Shown here piece by piece: positions 39,249 through 48,007 of a DNA stretch of 64,000 nt. How positions within the stretch are numbered: position 1 is the stretch's first letter; the number at the start of each line of letters is the position of its first letter. Under the pieces are notes generated by a model. The model was not told the origin of the DNA. It made no database searches and saw only the letters and a program-made list of their open reading frames with translations. The stretch is from IMG/VR virus record IMGVR_UViG_3300028840_008160, positions 124,001-188,000 of that record. The stretch is one strand, 5' to 3'. The translations under genes were made by a program, and so were the position numbers.

Positions 39249-39473
39249 ATGACACCATTGTTGAAGTCGAGGCAACCTGTAAGAATTGCTCCAGTTACAA
39301 TAGATGAAGTTGATGTTGGTGACATCGTATATTGTAAGGTGAGAGGAAATTGTTATACGCATTTGGTGAAAGCAAAAAGTTCTAGAGGTTGTCTAATTGG
39401 CAATAATCATGGACGAATTAATGGTTGGACGAAACAAGTTTACGGCAAAGTCATTGAAATTTTGGAGGGTTAA
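39249..39473 (+). CDS. Small peptidase S24/S26-fold-like protein
   Basis: GNSMTP just at the start, VGDIVYCKV, HLVK; true start may lie upstream. Confidence 0.45.
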   Translation: MTPLLKSRQPVRIAPVTIDEVDVGDIVYCKVRGNCYTHLVKAKSSRGCLIGNNHGRINGWTKQVYGKVIEILEG

Positions 39474-39553
39474 ACCCGTAACTGGTAGCGGTGTAGATTG
39501 GAAATCTACGGCTTGTAAAAGTCCTGAGGGTTCAAGTCCCTCACCCTCCGCCA
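39464..39553 (+). tRNA. tRNA-Ser(GGA)
   Basis: gtaga-ttGGAaa-tctac; CCA. Confidence 0.9.
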
Positions 39554-39582
39554 TCTTTGTATTTCAGTATGATTAGATAGAC

Positions 39583-40008
39583 ATGAATCAAATACTTTGC
39601 GAAACACCGATGCATTTTATAGCAAAAGCATTGTCAAATGTTATATTTCTTGAAGCTAGATGGTTGCCTGATAACAATGATAAAGGATTGAATGTTAAGG
39701 ACATTATAGATTTACCTTATCATGTAATAGAATCAGTGCCTGTGATAATAACTCCATCATTAGAAATAGTGATAACTAAACCAATAGAATTGAAATTTGA
39801 AAACAAGACAATGTTCTACTGTGTTTTTTATCATCAAAGTTCAAAGTCAGTTTGTATTCCTAATTGGTTTCCAATGGTTATGTGGGGAGAGCCAACAACA
39901 TCATACACAATTTCTAGCAAAAATATTCCAAGTAATAGTATTGCTGGTATCCAGATGTCAGATATACCGTCTTTTAATAAGTTTGACATATTAGTAGGCG
40001 AGAATTGA
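39583..40008 (+). CDS. Hypothetical protein
   Basis: ORF track; promoter-like motif ends 7 nt upstream. Confidence 0.55.
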   Translation: MNQILCETPMHFIAKALSNVIFLEARWLPDNNDKGLNVKDIIDLPYHVIESVPVIITPSLEIVITKPIELKFENKTMFYCVFYHQSSKSVCIPNWFPMVMWGEPTTSYTISSKNIPSNSIAGIQMSDIPSFNKFDILVGEN

Positions 40009-40059
40009 TATAGATTTGATAATGAGATTCACAATAAATTTAACATACAGAAGGGCTTT

Positions 40060-40881
40060 ATGGACACACAAGTAATTGAAAAGAAATTCGAGTCGATGGG
40101 AGCTCGAGTGAAATTTTCGGAACCTGCAGTTCGCGATGGCAATCTGTCGATTGATATTCGTCGTGATAAGGAAGGTGAATACTTCGATTTGAGAGTCAAA
40201 AAAGAGATTGAGATGTTAGTACTTGATGTTCAAAAAGCTGATCGACATCTTCTTCTCATGGCACGTGATCCGGATAATCCGAAAGCAAAGTTTCTTTGCG
40301 GGCATGATGAACGTCACTGGTTCACATGCGCAATTCCTGAAGGCAAGGTTACTTCGGTTATTCAAGCAAAACAGGCATTGAAGCCGAAGGAACTACAGAA
40401 TCTTGAAGCACGTGAAGGATTGAAAACAAAAAGAGCTCATAAACGTCATCGCCGGTTGAATTCTGGAATAAAAGTTCACCGTCAAGGTGAGTTCATGTTT
40501 ATTCCGCACAAAGATTTTCAGCCGTCAAAAGGATTTTCAACAGTTGTTTTGAAGAATGAGCCAATGCAAAGAGGCGGTGGAAATGCGCATATGGCTCAGT
40601 TCCTTTACAGGCGTGGTGGAACAACTGTTTGGGTGTCAGCTTATTCGCCTGAAGCAAGAAATGGATTGACACAAAGGCAGTATGATTCAATAAGAAAGAG
40701 AGATCCAGAATCGGGACGTTACAATTGGCGGACAATGGTTCGTGATCCTGAAGTATTTGTAAAAGGTCATATCACACATGTCGAACACAAAACATTGGAT
40801 CTCGGTGATGTGTGGCACAAAGTAGTATTAAATACAGAAAATCAGGCTCGTGCTGCTAGAAATGTAGCATTTCTTGACTAA
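40060..40881 (+). CDS. Hypothetical basic protein
   Basis: 273 aa; FLCGHDERHWF, RQGEFMF.P, EH..L motifs. Confidence 0.7.
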   Translation: MDTQVIEKKFESMGARVKFSEPAVRDGNLSIDIRRDKEGEYFDLRVKKEIEMLVLDVQKADRHLLLMARDPDNPKAKFLCGHDERHWFTCAIPEGKVTSVIQAKQALKPKELQNLEAREGLKTKRAHKRHRRLNSGIKVHRQGEFMFIPHKDFQPSKGFSTVVLKNEPMQRGGGNAHMAQFLYRRGGTTVWVSAYSPEARNGLTQRQYDSIRKRDPESGRYNWRTMVRDPEVFVKGHITHVEHKTLDLGDVWHKVVLNTENQARAARNVAFLD

Positions 40882-40883
40882 TT

Positions 40884-40957
<74 letters not shown>

Positions 40958-41011
40958 TTGTTCGAATCTTTATAATTCAACTCATAACAGAATAAGGAAT
41001 AATGTCGTTAT

Positions 41012-41032
41012 CTACGCTAATCTACATGATTA
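41012..41032 (+). promoter_or_regulatory. Promoter-like motif heading tRNA operon 3
   Basis: ctacg-ctaatctac-atgatta. Confidence 0.65.
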
Positions 41033-41052
41033 TAGTATCACGAGGATAAATC

Positions 41053-41169
41053 ATGAAAAACTTAACGCAGACATATCATTTTATATCAAGGCCTGATGCG
41101 CAGGTCAGTGATATGGACATGCGTCAAGTCACCTGTGCCGCAACAACAATTAGAAACGGAGCGACATAG
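41053..41169 (+). CDS. Attenuator leader peptide 3 (MKNLTQTYHFISRPDAQVSDMDMRQVTCAATTIRNGAT)
   Basis: SD GAGGA; has cognate codons for all 12 tRNA species in operon 3. Confidence 0.78.
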   Translation: MKNLTQTYHFISRPDAQVSDMDMRQVTCAATTIRNGAT

Positions 41170-41234
41170 GTAGGGTTTGGAATCAAAATTATTGAATTTC
41201 AAGCCCTGCCGAGGAAACTCGACGGGGCTTTTTT
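41169..41234 (+). terminator. Attenuator 3 antiterminator/terminator
   Basis: GGTAGGGTTTGGA (41169-41181) pairs with TTCAAGCCCTGCC (41198-41210), left arm of terminator 41201-41234. Confidence 0.8.
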
Positions 41235-41267
41235 AATGAGGAGACTAGAATGAAAATGACAATAAAT

Positions 41268-41343
41268 ACCAGTGTAGTTCAGTTGGTAGAACGTTGGAAT
41301 CATAATCCAAAAGTCGGGAGTTCGAGTCTCCCCGCTGGTACCA
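41268..41343 (+). tRNA. tRNA-Met(CAT), elongator (or Ile2)
   Basis: ttgga-atCATaa-tccaa; CCA. Confidence 0.85.
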
Positions 41344-41453
41344 CAATCACTTTAACAAAGGATCATCAAGTGCCAAATAAAACAAGGAATACTGGTTATT
41401 TGATGTATGACACTTTGACGCAAAACAACAACATTATGAAAGGATTGTAGGAT

Positions 41454-42023
41454 ATGTCTTCAGTAATTGTATTAACACAGAACTGGCAATACTGGGATGA
41501 GGTTGATGTTGGTAAAGTTGTCAAATGGTTTTTAAAAGGTAAAATCAGGGTTGTTGCGGCTGATGAAAACGAAAAAATCAAGTGTTCGTTGGAAATCAAA
41601 CGGCCGCTGGTTGTACAATTACTGAAGTTTGCTGGATACAAGATCAAAAGTGATGAAGTGAAATGGAGTAAAGAAGCAGTGTTCCAGCGTGACAAGAATA
41701 TTTGTCAATTCTGGCACTATGATGAAATGGGGAAGAAATTCAAATATACTTGTACCGCAGATGAAAGAACTCTTGAACATATCATTCCTGTTTCAAGAGG
41801 AGGAACTAACACTTTTGAGAATACTGCTTGCGCATGTACGAGGTGTAACGTTGTTGTCAAAGGTAATAAAACACCTGAAGAAGCTGGATTGAAATTGATT
41901 AGACAGCCTTTTGTACCAAGAAATAAGAAAGGACAGTTCGCGACAATTCAATTCACTTACGACCCAAATAAGGTGTCGCATAGATTTTACATGGAGAAGA
42001 TTTTGGGTCAAATGGTAGAATGA
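41454..42023 (+). CDS. HNH endonuclease
   Basis: VFQRD, TLEHIIPVSRGG.N.FEN...AC..CN..KG. Confidence 0.85.
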   Translation: MSSVIVLTQNWQYWDEVDVGKVVKWFLKGKIRVVAADENEKIKCSLEIKRPLVVQLLKFAGYKIKSDEVKWSKEAVFQRDKNICQFWHYDEMGKKFKYTCTADERTLEHIIPVSRGGTNTFENTACACTRCNVVVKGNKTPEEAGLKLIRQPFVPRNKKGQFATIQFTYDPNKVSHRFYMEKILGQMVE

Positions 42024-42047
42024 GCTGGTAGAAATACCAGCTCGTAT

Positions 42048-42120
42048 GCCACCATAGCTCAGCTGGTAGAGCACCTCACTTGTAATGAGGACGTCGCGGG
42101 TTCGATCCCTGCTGGTGGCT
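42048..42120 (+). tRNA. tRNA-Thr(TGT)
   Basis: cctca-ctTGTaa-tgagg. Confidence 0.93.
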
Positions 42121-42189
42121 TTTCTCTGAAAGCAACGAGTTCAAAACTATCTACTAGCTTTATAGTTTTAATACTATAAGGAGGTAGAT

Positions 42190-43077
42190 ATGATGGACCA
42201 AAAACATAAATGTAAGTTTTGTGATAAGTCATTTGAAACAGGACAAAAGCTTGGAACACATATCGCTTTTATCCACAAACGCAATCAAAAAGCGATAAAT
42301 GAAGCTCTTATAAGAAAAAGAATTACGATTACTAGAATTTGTGAAGTTTGTGGAAACAAATTTGATATTGAGCAAATTGTTAATAAAGATGGTTCGATAA
42401 AACTTGGAGGACGACGACGTTGTTCTACAAAATGTAGTAAAACACGAGAGTTTACTAAGGAACAAAATAAGAAAAAAGGTGGAAACAGAAAACGAACGTG
42501 TTATAATCGAGTATGTGAACAATGTGGTAAGCCTTTTACAACGACAAGAAAGAAAAAGAGATTTTGTAATAGAAGTTGTGCAATAACATTTAGAAATAAG
42601 CAGCCACAGAATAAGTTACAATGGTTGAAAATTTGCATTAAGACAACTTCGCATAAAGCACTTAGTGGAGTCACTGGAATACGAAAAGATGTTTGTAAGA
42701 AAACAAAATTCAAATCTTCGTGGGAAGCTGATTTTGCCAGAATACTTAATTATAACGGTTTGAAATGGGAGTATGAGCCAAAGACGTTCAAATTAAAAGA
42801 TGGTCGAAATTATACGCCTGATTTTAGAGTTAATGGTTCATATATTGAAATAAAGAATTTTTTACGAAAATCAGATGTTAATAGACACGAGTTGTTTGCA
42901 GAATGTAATGAAAGATTTTATTTGATTTGTGGATATCAAATTTTTTATGGTTTGATATCATTATATATAGACAATATCAGATTTGAATGTGAAACAAAGG
43001 CTAGGAGAAGTATTCAAAGTAATGATATTGATGTTGAAAGTGCGAAGAAGATTTTTGCTGGTGTAGCTCAGTGGTAG
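42190..43077 (+). CDS. Putative homing endonuclease (Zn fingers + PD-(D/E)XK)
   Basis: Several CxxC; FKSSWEA, YEPKTF, YTPDF, IEIK; ends inside tRNA-Thr. Confidence 0.75.
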   Translation: MMDQKHKCKFCDKSFETGQKLGTHIAFIHKRNQKAINEALIRKRITITRICEVCGNKFDIEQIVNKDGSIKLGGRRRCSTKCSKTREFTKEQNKKKGGNRKRTCYNRVCEQCGKPFTTTRKKKRFCNRSCAITFRNKQPQNKLQWLKICIKTTSHKALSGVTGIRKDVCKKTKFKSSWEADFARILNYNGLKWEYEPKTFKLKDGRNYTPDFRVNGSYIEIKNFLRKSDVNRHELFAECNERFYLICGYQIFYGLISLYIDNIRFECETKARRSIQSNDIDVESAKKIFAGVAQW

Positions 43078-43131
43078 AGCACTACTTTGGTAAAGTAGAG
43101 GTCGTGGGATCGTTACCCATCTCCAGCTCCA
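43057..43131 (+). tRNA. tRNA-Thr(GGT)
   Basis: ctact-ttGGTaa-agtag; atypical T loop ATCGTTA; CCA. Confidence 0.85.
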
Positions 43132-43190
43132 CTTTAACGAAAGGATGACATAATGGCACCATTCAGTATTTAACTGATAAGGAGGCTATT

Positions 43191-43421
43191 ATGTCTCATC
43201 CCCGTAATAGACGGGAACGCTTTCTGTTTGGAAAGCTGAAAGGTGAAAAACGTGCTAGAGGGATGTCGGCAGCAGAGACAGTTGTCCCTGAATGGTTTGA
43301 AAGAACAAGCCGAATGCTTCGAAACACAACAAAAATTTGTTCTAGTTTAAGATGTTGTGGCAATCCTCGTAGAAGAGGAGAACTTACATTACAAGAAATA
43401 AAGGAGAATCAGAAAATATAG
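43191..43421 (+). CDS. Small basic Cys-containing protein
   Basis: SD AAGGAGG; CS...CCGNPRR...TLQE. Confidence 0.65.
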   Translation: MSHPRNRRERFLFGKLKGEKRARGMSAAETVVPEWFERTSRMLRNTTKICSSLRCCGNPRRRGELTLQEIKENQKI

Positions 43422-43496
43422 CGCTGTAACTCAGTTGGTTAGAGTGGCACTCTGATAAGGTGTTGGTCGGTGGTTCAAATCCACTCAGCGCTACCA
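43420..43496 (+). tRNA. tRNA-Ile(GAT)
   Basis: gcact-ctGATaa-ggtgt; CCA. Confidence 0.9.
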
Positions 43497-43500
43497 TAAT

Positions 43501-43577
<77 letters not shown>

Positions 43578-43586
43578 TAAAGTTTC

Positions 43587-43662
43587 GGGGCCATAGCTCA
43601 ATTGGGAGAGCACCAGCTTTGCAAGCTGGGGGTTCGGGGTTCAAGCCCCCGTGGTTCCACCA
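43587..43662 (+). tRNA. tRNA-Ala(TGC)
   Basis: G3.U70; ccagc-ttTGCaa-gctgg. Confidence 0.93.
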
Positions 43663-43727
43663 ATTTATGCCGGCATATTGCTGATTAAAGCGACAGCTGC
43701 GCTTAAAAGCGATCCCTGCCGGTTCCT

Positions 43728-43800
43728 GGGGCTGTAGCTCAGTTGGGAGAGCGCAACGTTCGCAATGTTGAGGTCGCAGGTTCGATCCCTGTCAGCTCCA
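43728..43800 (+). tRNA. tRNA-Ala(CGC)
   Basis: G3.U70; caacg-ttCGCaa-tgttg. Confidence 0.92.
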
Positions 43801-43842
43801 AATGGAAATTAGTAGAAAGGTTTTACATATAAGAATAAAAAC

Positions 43843-43915
43843 GGGGCCATAGCTCAGTTGGGAGAGCGCGACGCTGGCAGCGTTGAGGTCGCAGGTTCGA
43901 TCCCTGTTGGCTCCA
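43843..43915 (+). tRNA. tRNA-Ala(GGC)
   Basis: G3.U70; cgacg-ctGGCag-cgttg. Confidence 0.92.
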
Positions 43916-43924
43916 TTAAATTTT

Positions 43925-44001
43925 GGACCGGTAGTTCAGTTGGTTAGAACGCTGGCCTGTCAAGCCAGAGGTCGCGAGTTCAAGTCTCGTCCGGTCCGCC
44001 A
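43925..44001 (+). tRNA. tRNA-Asp(GTC)
   Basis: ctggc-ctGTCaa-gccag; CCA. Confidence 0.94.
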
Positions 44002-44009
44002 ATTTTTGT

Positions 44010-44083
44010 GCCTCCTTAGCTCAGCTGGATAGAGCAACGGATTTCTAATCCGTAGGTCGTAGGTTCAAATCCTACAGGAGGTG
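44010..44083 (+). tRNA. tRNA-Arg(TCT)
   Basis: acgga-ttTCTaa-tccgt. Confidence 0.92.
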
Positions 44084-44094
44084 CTATATTTTTT

Positions 44095-44168
44095 GGGCTA
44101 GTAACTCAGTTGGTTAGAGTAGCGGACTCATAATCCGTCAGTCCGGGGTTCAAGTCCCTGCTAGCCCA
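44095..44168 (+). tRNA. tRNA-Ile2/Met(CAT)
   Basis: GGGCTAG Ile-type acceptor; ctCATaa loop. Confidence 0.85.
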
Positions 44169-44172
44169 TTTT

Positions 44173-44246
44173 GCTCCTATAGCTCAATTGGATAGAGTGC
44201 GGGTTTCCTAAACCTGAGGTTGTAGGTTCAAATCCTACTAGGAGCA
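44173..44246 (+). tRNA. tRNA-Arg(CCT)
   Basis: cgggt-ttCCTaa-acctg. Confidence 0.9.
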
Positions 44247-44504
44247 TTTGTAAAGTTATGTTGATAACCTCATAAATTTTAAGAAAAGTTAAACATAAGT
44301 AAAGGTGAGGGCATCAACATGGATGAGTTAAAACAACAACTTATTGAAGAAGCCACAATAAAACATGAAAAAATCTACCCTGTAGGAAGAAGAGAAGGTT
44401 TTGAAGAATGTTTTACAGTGCATGAAGACAAATTAGTTTTTTGGTTCAATAGAGAAGATCAATCTACTAGTATTCTAACAAAACAAATTTCGAACTGAGG
44501 AGAT

Positions 44505-44741
44505 ATGGATTCTGAAAAAGAAAAAACGATTAAGTTAATCATTGCAGAAAAGTTAGGTGTATCAGAGAACAAAGTCGTACCACAAATGGATTTTGTTAAT
44601 GATCTTGGTGCTGATTCGCTTGATATGGTGGAATTAATTATGGCATATGAAGATCATTTTGATATTGATATTCCTGATGCTGAAGCAGAACATATCAAAA
44701 CTGTAAAAGATGCAATAGAATTACTTGATCGTAAGATATGA
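44505..44741 (+). CDS. acpP: Acyl carrier protein
   Basis: DLGADSLDMVELIMA.E..F.I.IPD. Confidence 0.93.
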   Translation: MDSEKEKTIKLIIAEKLGVSENKVVPQMDFVNDLGADSLDMVELIMAYEDHFDIDIPDAEAEHIKTVKDAIELLDRKI

Positions 44742-45061
44742 ATTTAAAAATAATGGCAGATTTTTGTTCGTCAGGCATCTGGCGATTAGATACTGGTGGA
44801 ATGGTTGATTACGATAAACTCAATTTACCTACAGAATTGGTAAAAGAGTTTGAAGAATGGATTGAGTATTATGATAGTGAATGTACTAGTAAGATAACGT
44901 ATTTAGTATTAGTAAAGAAAGAAACATCACTACACAATAGAGGACGAAAATTAGCAAAAAAGATCAAGTTATTATTTCCTAATAGTCGAATTGAGTATTG
45001 GGGAGAAACGGTAAGAGATGGTAAGATTAGTTTGATAAAAGAAGTAATTGAGGGCCCGTAG
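44738..45061 (+). CDS. Hypothetical protein
   Basis: ATGA overlap with acpP. Confidence 0.55.
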   Translation: MNLKIMADFCSSGIWRLDTGGMVDYDKLNLPTELVKEFEEWIEYYDSECTSKITYLVLVKKETSLHNRGRKLAKKIKLLFPNSRIEYWGETVRDGKISLIKEVIEGP

Positions 45062-45125
45062 CTCAGATGGTTAGAGTACTTGCTTGACATGCAAGGGGTC
45101 GCTGGTTCAATTCCAGTCGGGCCCA
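45052..45125 (+). tRNA. tRNA-Val(GAC)
   Basis: cttgc-ttGACat-gcaag. Confidence 0.9.
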
Positions 45126-45141
45126 TTTTTTATGTAGGAAG

Positions 45142-45921
45142 ATGAAGATGAAAGTATATGTTGCAGGTGACACTCATGGCGGTATGCGCAACGATTTTAG
45201 CAAGCTTGGAGCCATGAGATTTCCAGAAGGTAAAGAATTGACAATAGATGATGTTGTCATAGTTTGTGGTGACTTTGGTCTAACATGGCCTGACACAATT
45301 GAACAAGGCAAAGGACAACAAGAATATTGGATGAAGTGGTTATTATCTAAGCCGTGGACTACATGTTTTGTAGATGGTAATCATGAGAATCATGATCATT
45401 TGTTGAGTTTGCCAGTTAAAGAAATGTTTGGTGGCAAAGTTGGTGTCCTTCACAATAAGATTTATCATTTGAAACGGGGTGAAATCTACAAGTTTGATGA
45501 CAAGAAAATCTTTTGCATGGGTGGAGCAAAGACAACTGATATGCCTGGTCGTATTGAAGGATATAGTTGGTTTCGTGCTGAGATTCCATCATCGGAAGAA
45601 ATGTACTATGCTATTGACAATTTAGAAACTCATGGAAATGAAGTTGATTTTATTGTGGCTCATACATTGCCAGATAGCATGATTAAATGTTATGTGTACA
45701 AGAACGATTTGACTATTGACTTTGATAATCCAGGGCATATGTTGATTGTTGATGAAGTGACGAAAAATCTGTATGAACGATATACTGATCCAACAGCAAG
45801 ATTTTTGAGGGAAGTCTGTAGTAGAGTGAAATTTAGTCATTTCTATTGTGGTCATTTTCATGATGATTGCACAATGAGTAAGTTTACAATCCTTTATGAT
45901 AATGTTGTTAGAATCATTTAA
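45142..45921 (+). CDS. Calcineurin-like metallophosphoesterase
   Basis: GDTHG, GDFG, DGNHE, GHFH. Confidence 0.9.
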   Translation: MKMKVYVAGDTHGGMRNDFSKLGAMRFPEGKELTIDDVVIVCGDFGLTWPDTIEQGKGQQEYWMKWLLSKPWTTCFVDGNHENHDHLLSLPVKEMFGGKVGVLHNKIYHLKRGEIYKFDDKKIFCMGGAKTTDMPGRIEGYSWFRAEIPSSEEMYYAIDNLETHGNEVDFIVAHTLPDSMIKCYVYKNDLTIDFDNPGHMLIVDEVTKNLYERYTDPTARFLREVCSRVKFSHFYCGHFHDDCTMSKFTILYDNVVRII

Positions 45922-45934
45922 GAAAGGATGACAG

Positions 45935-46690
45935 ATGAGACTAATCACTTTGCTTCTATTGTTAATTTCTTGTACTACTATATCTGAATTTACAAATGTA
46001 TCTGTTACAAACAATTCAGCAGACAATGTGCAATGTTTTTTAACTGTTCCTGGTGGTGATAGTCCTATTGGAAAATTTGGTATTTCTTCAGATAGTATTA
46101 AACCTGGTGGAACAACAGGTTGGTTTTGGTTAAAAAAAGGTCAAACAGCAAATTTGAATAGTACCAAACCAGCTATGGGTTATATAATCACTTTTGGAGA
46201 TCAGAATCAAAATTGTTCTCAGGCAATAGCTAATGGTTGGCCGACAGGAATAAATAATTTTGAGTTTACAATTAATTGCTGGGACAAAACATCAAATCCC
46301 AGTGCAACTGGTGGGAATGAATCTGCAGATATTACAAATGTTGACGGTGTCAACGCAATCATTGGTTATTCTGTTGATACTACTTCGAGTGTGGGAAGAA
46401 AATATTGGGATTATTCTCTTACAGATGATTCTGGAAAACTTTTAATGTTTGAATCTGTTAAGAATAGCGGAGAATTATTTGGTGATTGTAATGTGCCCGG
46501 AATCTTTCCTTATGATTGTGATGTTTGTTATACTCATTCTATAGATGCACCAAAACCTTGCTTTGAGTTTCCAAAAGATTACAAATGTTCTGATTCGCTT
46601 GCGCAGGGCAAACTATATACTTGTCAGATTAACCGGCCAGGGCAAGGTGGCACAATTAAAGTTGAGTTTTTTGGATTTATTCAAAAATAA
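45935..46690 (+). CDS. Exported Cys-rich lipoprotein, possibly thaumatin-like
   Basis: LISC lipobox-like; VTNN, FEFT, ADITNVDGVNA echo thaumatin motifs. Confidence 0.5.
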   Translation: MRLITLLLLLISCTTISEFTNVSVTNNSADNVQCFLTVPGGDSPIGKFGISSDSIKPGGTTGWFWLKKGQTANLNSTKPAMGYIITFGDQNQNCSQAIANGWPTGINNFEFTINCWDKTSNPSATGGNESADITNVDGVNAIIGYSVDTTSSVGRKYWDYSLTDDSGKLLMFESVKNSGELFGDCNVPGIFPYDCDVCYTHSIDAPKPCFEFPKDYKCSDSLAQGKLYTCQINRPGQGGTIKVEFFGFIQK

Positions 46691-46699
46691 GTTAAAAAG

Positions 46700-46720
46700 C
46701 TACGACTATTTACATGATTA
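46700..46720 (+). promoter_or_regulatory. Promoter-like motif heading tRNA operon 4
   Basis: ctacg-actatttac-atgatta. Confidence 0.65.
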
Positions 46721-46768
46721 TTAAACTACGGATTGATAATCCTTTGATATTTAATCTAATGACAGAAA

Positions 46769-46860
46769 TTGAAAGTGGTGCTTAGAGGAAAACTTCAGAA
46801 TAATAACCTATCGCTAATTGGTAATTTGTTTCTCGTTTTCTTCGATCATCACCCTTTCAA
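46769..46860 (+). ncRNA. Y-RNA-like RNA 3 (minimal, no tRNA domain)
   Basis: TTGAAAGTGGTG..GAGGAAAAC-TTCAGAA pairs with GTTTTCTTC..CACCCTTTCAA. Confidence 0.6.
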
Positions 46861-46882
46861 ATTCTTATAAAGGAACAAAATC

Positions 46883-46945
46883 ATGGTATACGCAAATAAC
46901 ATTCGCCGACCCCAGCCGCAACAACCACGGAGATTGTATGCATAG
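46883..46945 (+). CDS. Attenuator leader peptide 4 (MVYANNIRRPQPQQPRRLYA)
   Basis: SD AAGGA; run CGC CGA CCC CAG CCG CAA CAA CCA CGG matches all downstream anticodons. Confidence 0.82.
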   Translation: MVYANNIRRPQPQQPRRLYA

Positions 46946-47006
46946 GTGAGGTTGTCGAATTTAATGACTCGAAAAAGAGCCTCACCAAAAATGAGGCTCT
47001 TTTTTT
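46945..47006 (+). terminator. Attenuator 4 antiterminator/terminator
   Basis: GGTGAGGTT (46945-46953) pairs with AGCCTCACC (46978-46986); terminator 46972-47006. Confidence 0.82.
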
Positions 47007-47024
47007 ATGCTCTTTGACAATTAA

Positions 47025-47101
47025 CGGGATGTAGCGCAGTCTGGTAGCGCACTTGGTTTGGGACCAAGGTGTCGGAGGTTCAAATCCTCTCATCCCGACC
47101 A
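47025..47101 (+). tRNA. tRNA-Pro(TGG)
   Basis: cttgg-ttTGGga-ccaag; CCA. Confidence 0.94.
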
Positions 47102-47105
47102 TTAC

Positions 47106-47180
47106 TGGCCCGTCGGCAAGCGGTAAGCCTCTGGGTTTTGGTCCCAGCATTCGGAGGTTCGAATCCTTCCGGGCCAGCCA
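47106..47180 (+). tRNA. tRNA-Gln(TTG)
   Basis: ctggg-ttTTGgt-cccag; CCA. Confidence 0.92.
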
Positions 47181-47187
47181 AACATTT

Positions 47188-47264
47188 CGGGGTGTAGCGC
47201 AGCCTGGTAGCGCATCTGCTTTGGGAGCAGAGGGTCGGAGGTTCAAATCCTCTCACCCCGACCA
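47188..47264 (+). tRNA. tRNA-Pro(TGG)
   Basis: tctgc-ttTGGga-gcaga; CCA. Confidence 0.94.
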
Positions 47265-47270
47265 ATTTAA

Positions 47271-47411
47271 TGGAGGAGACATGAGGTTCAAGTCCTCATT
47301 CATCTGAATCTTACTACTGGTCTAGAACAGCTGGTAGGAGCAACTTTGGCGATAACGTAAAAGCCTTGGAAGTTAAGATGATCGTTCAACTGGCAAAGGA
47401 TACCTTCGCCA
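47271..47411 (+). ncRNA. Permuted tRNA-like RNA with large insert
   Basis: T-arm first, TCATCT/AGATGA stem enclosing about 80 nt, then D-arm-like segment; ends pair. Confidence 0.5.
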
Positions 47412-47416
47412 TTTAC

Positions 47417-47492
47417 TGGGGTGTAGCTCAATTGGTAGAGCATCGGCCTTTGGAGCCGAGTGTTGTTGGTTCAAATCCAACCACTCCAGCCA
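47417..47492 (+). tRNA. tRNA-Gln(TTG)
   Basis: tcggc-ctTTGga-gccga; CCA. Confidence 0.92.
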
Positions 47493-47511
47493 AAATATAT
47501 TAGGAGAAAAA

Positions 47512-47757
47512 ATGAATCAGATCGACAATTGTTGGTTGAAAGATATGGAAGGTTGTGATTTAGAATGTGGTGATCATTGTGGATATTATAAGTTTTTGCA
47601 AGTGATGAAAGATTTAATCAATAATTGGAGAGAAAGTTCAGAACATGCTAATCGTAATAATGACGAGCAAGCAGCTGGAATATTTCAATTATGTGCTAAC
47701 GAATTAGAATGTTCTTTGAAAACTGGTAGTGATAAAGTAGAACGCATTGGGGTATAG
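47512..47757 (+). CDS. Hypothetical protein
   Basis: SD AGGAG. Confidence 0.55.
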   Translation: MNQIDNCWLKDMEGCDLECGDHCGYYKFLQVMKDLINNWRESSEHANRNNDEQAAGIFQLCANELECSLKTGSDKVERIGV

Positions 47758-47823
47758 TTCAATTGGTAGAACGCCTGACTCTGGATCAGGAAGTCTGAGG
47801 TTCGAGTCCTCATACCCCAGCCA
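47748..47823 (+). tRNA. tRNA-Gln(CTG)
   Basis: cctga-ctCTGga-tcagg; CCA. Confidence 0.93.
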
Positions 47824-47831
47824 TAAATTAT

Positions 47832-47908
47832 GCCCGCGTAGCTCAATTGGATAGAGCGTCTGGCTACGGACCAGGAGGTTGAGGGTTCGAATCCTTCCGC
47901 GGGTGCCA
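47832..47908 (+). tRNA. tRNA-Arg(ACG)
   Basis: tctgg-ctACGga-ccagg; CCA. Confidence 0.93.
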
Positions 47909-47915
47909 TATTTTT

Positions 47916-47992
47916 CGGGCAGTGGCGCAGTCTGGTAGCGCACTTGAATGGGGTTCAAGGGGTCGGAGGTTCAAATCCTCTCTGCCCGACCA
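47916..47992 (+). tRNA. tRNA-Pro(GGG)
   Basis: cttga-atGGGgt-tcaag; CCA. Confidence 0.93.
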
Positions 47993-48007
47993 TTTTTGAG
48001 AATTATT

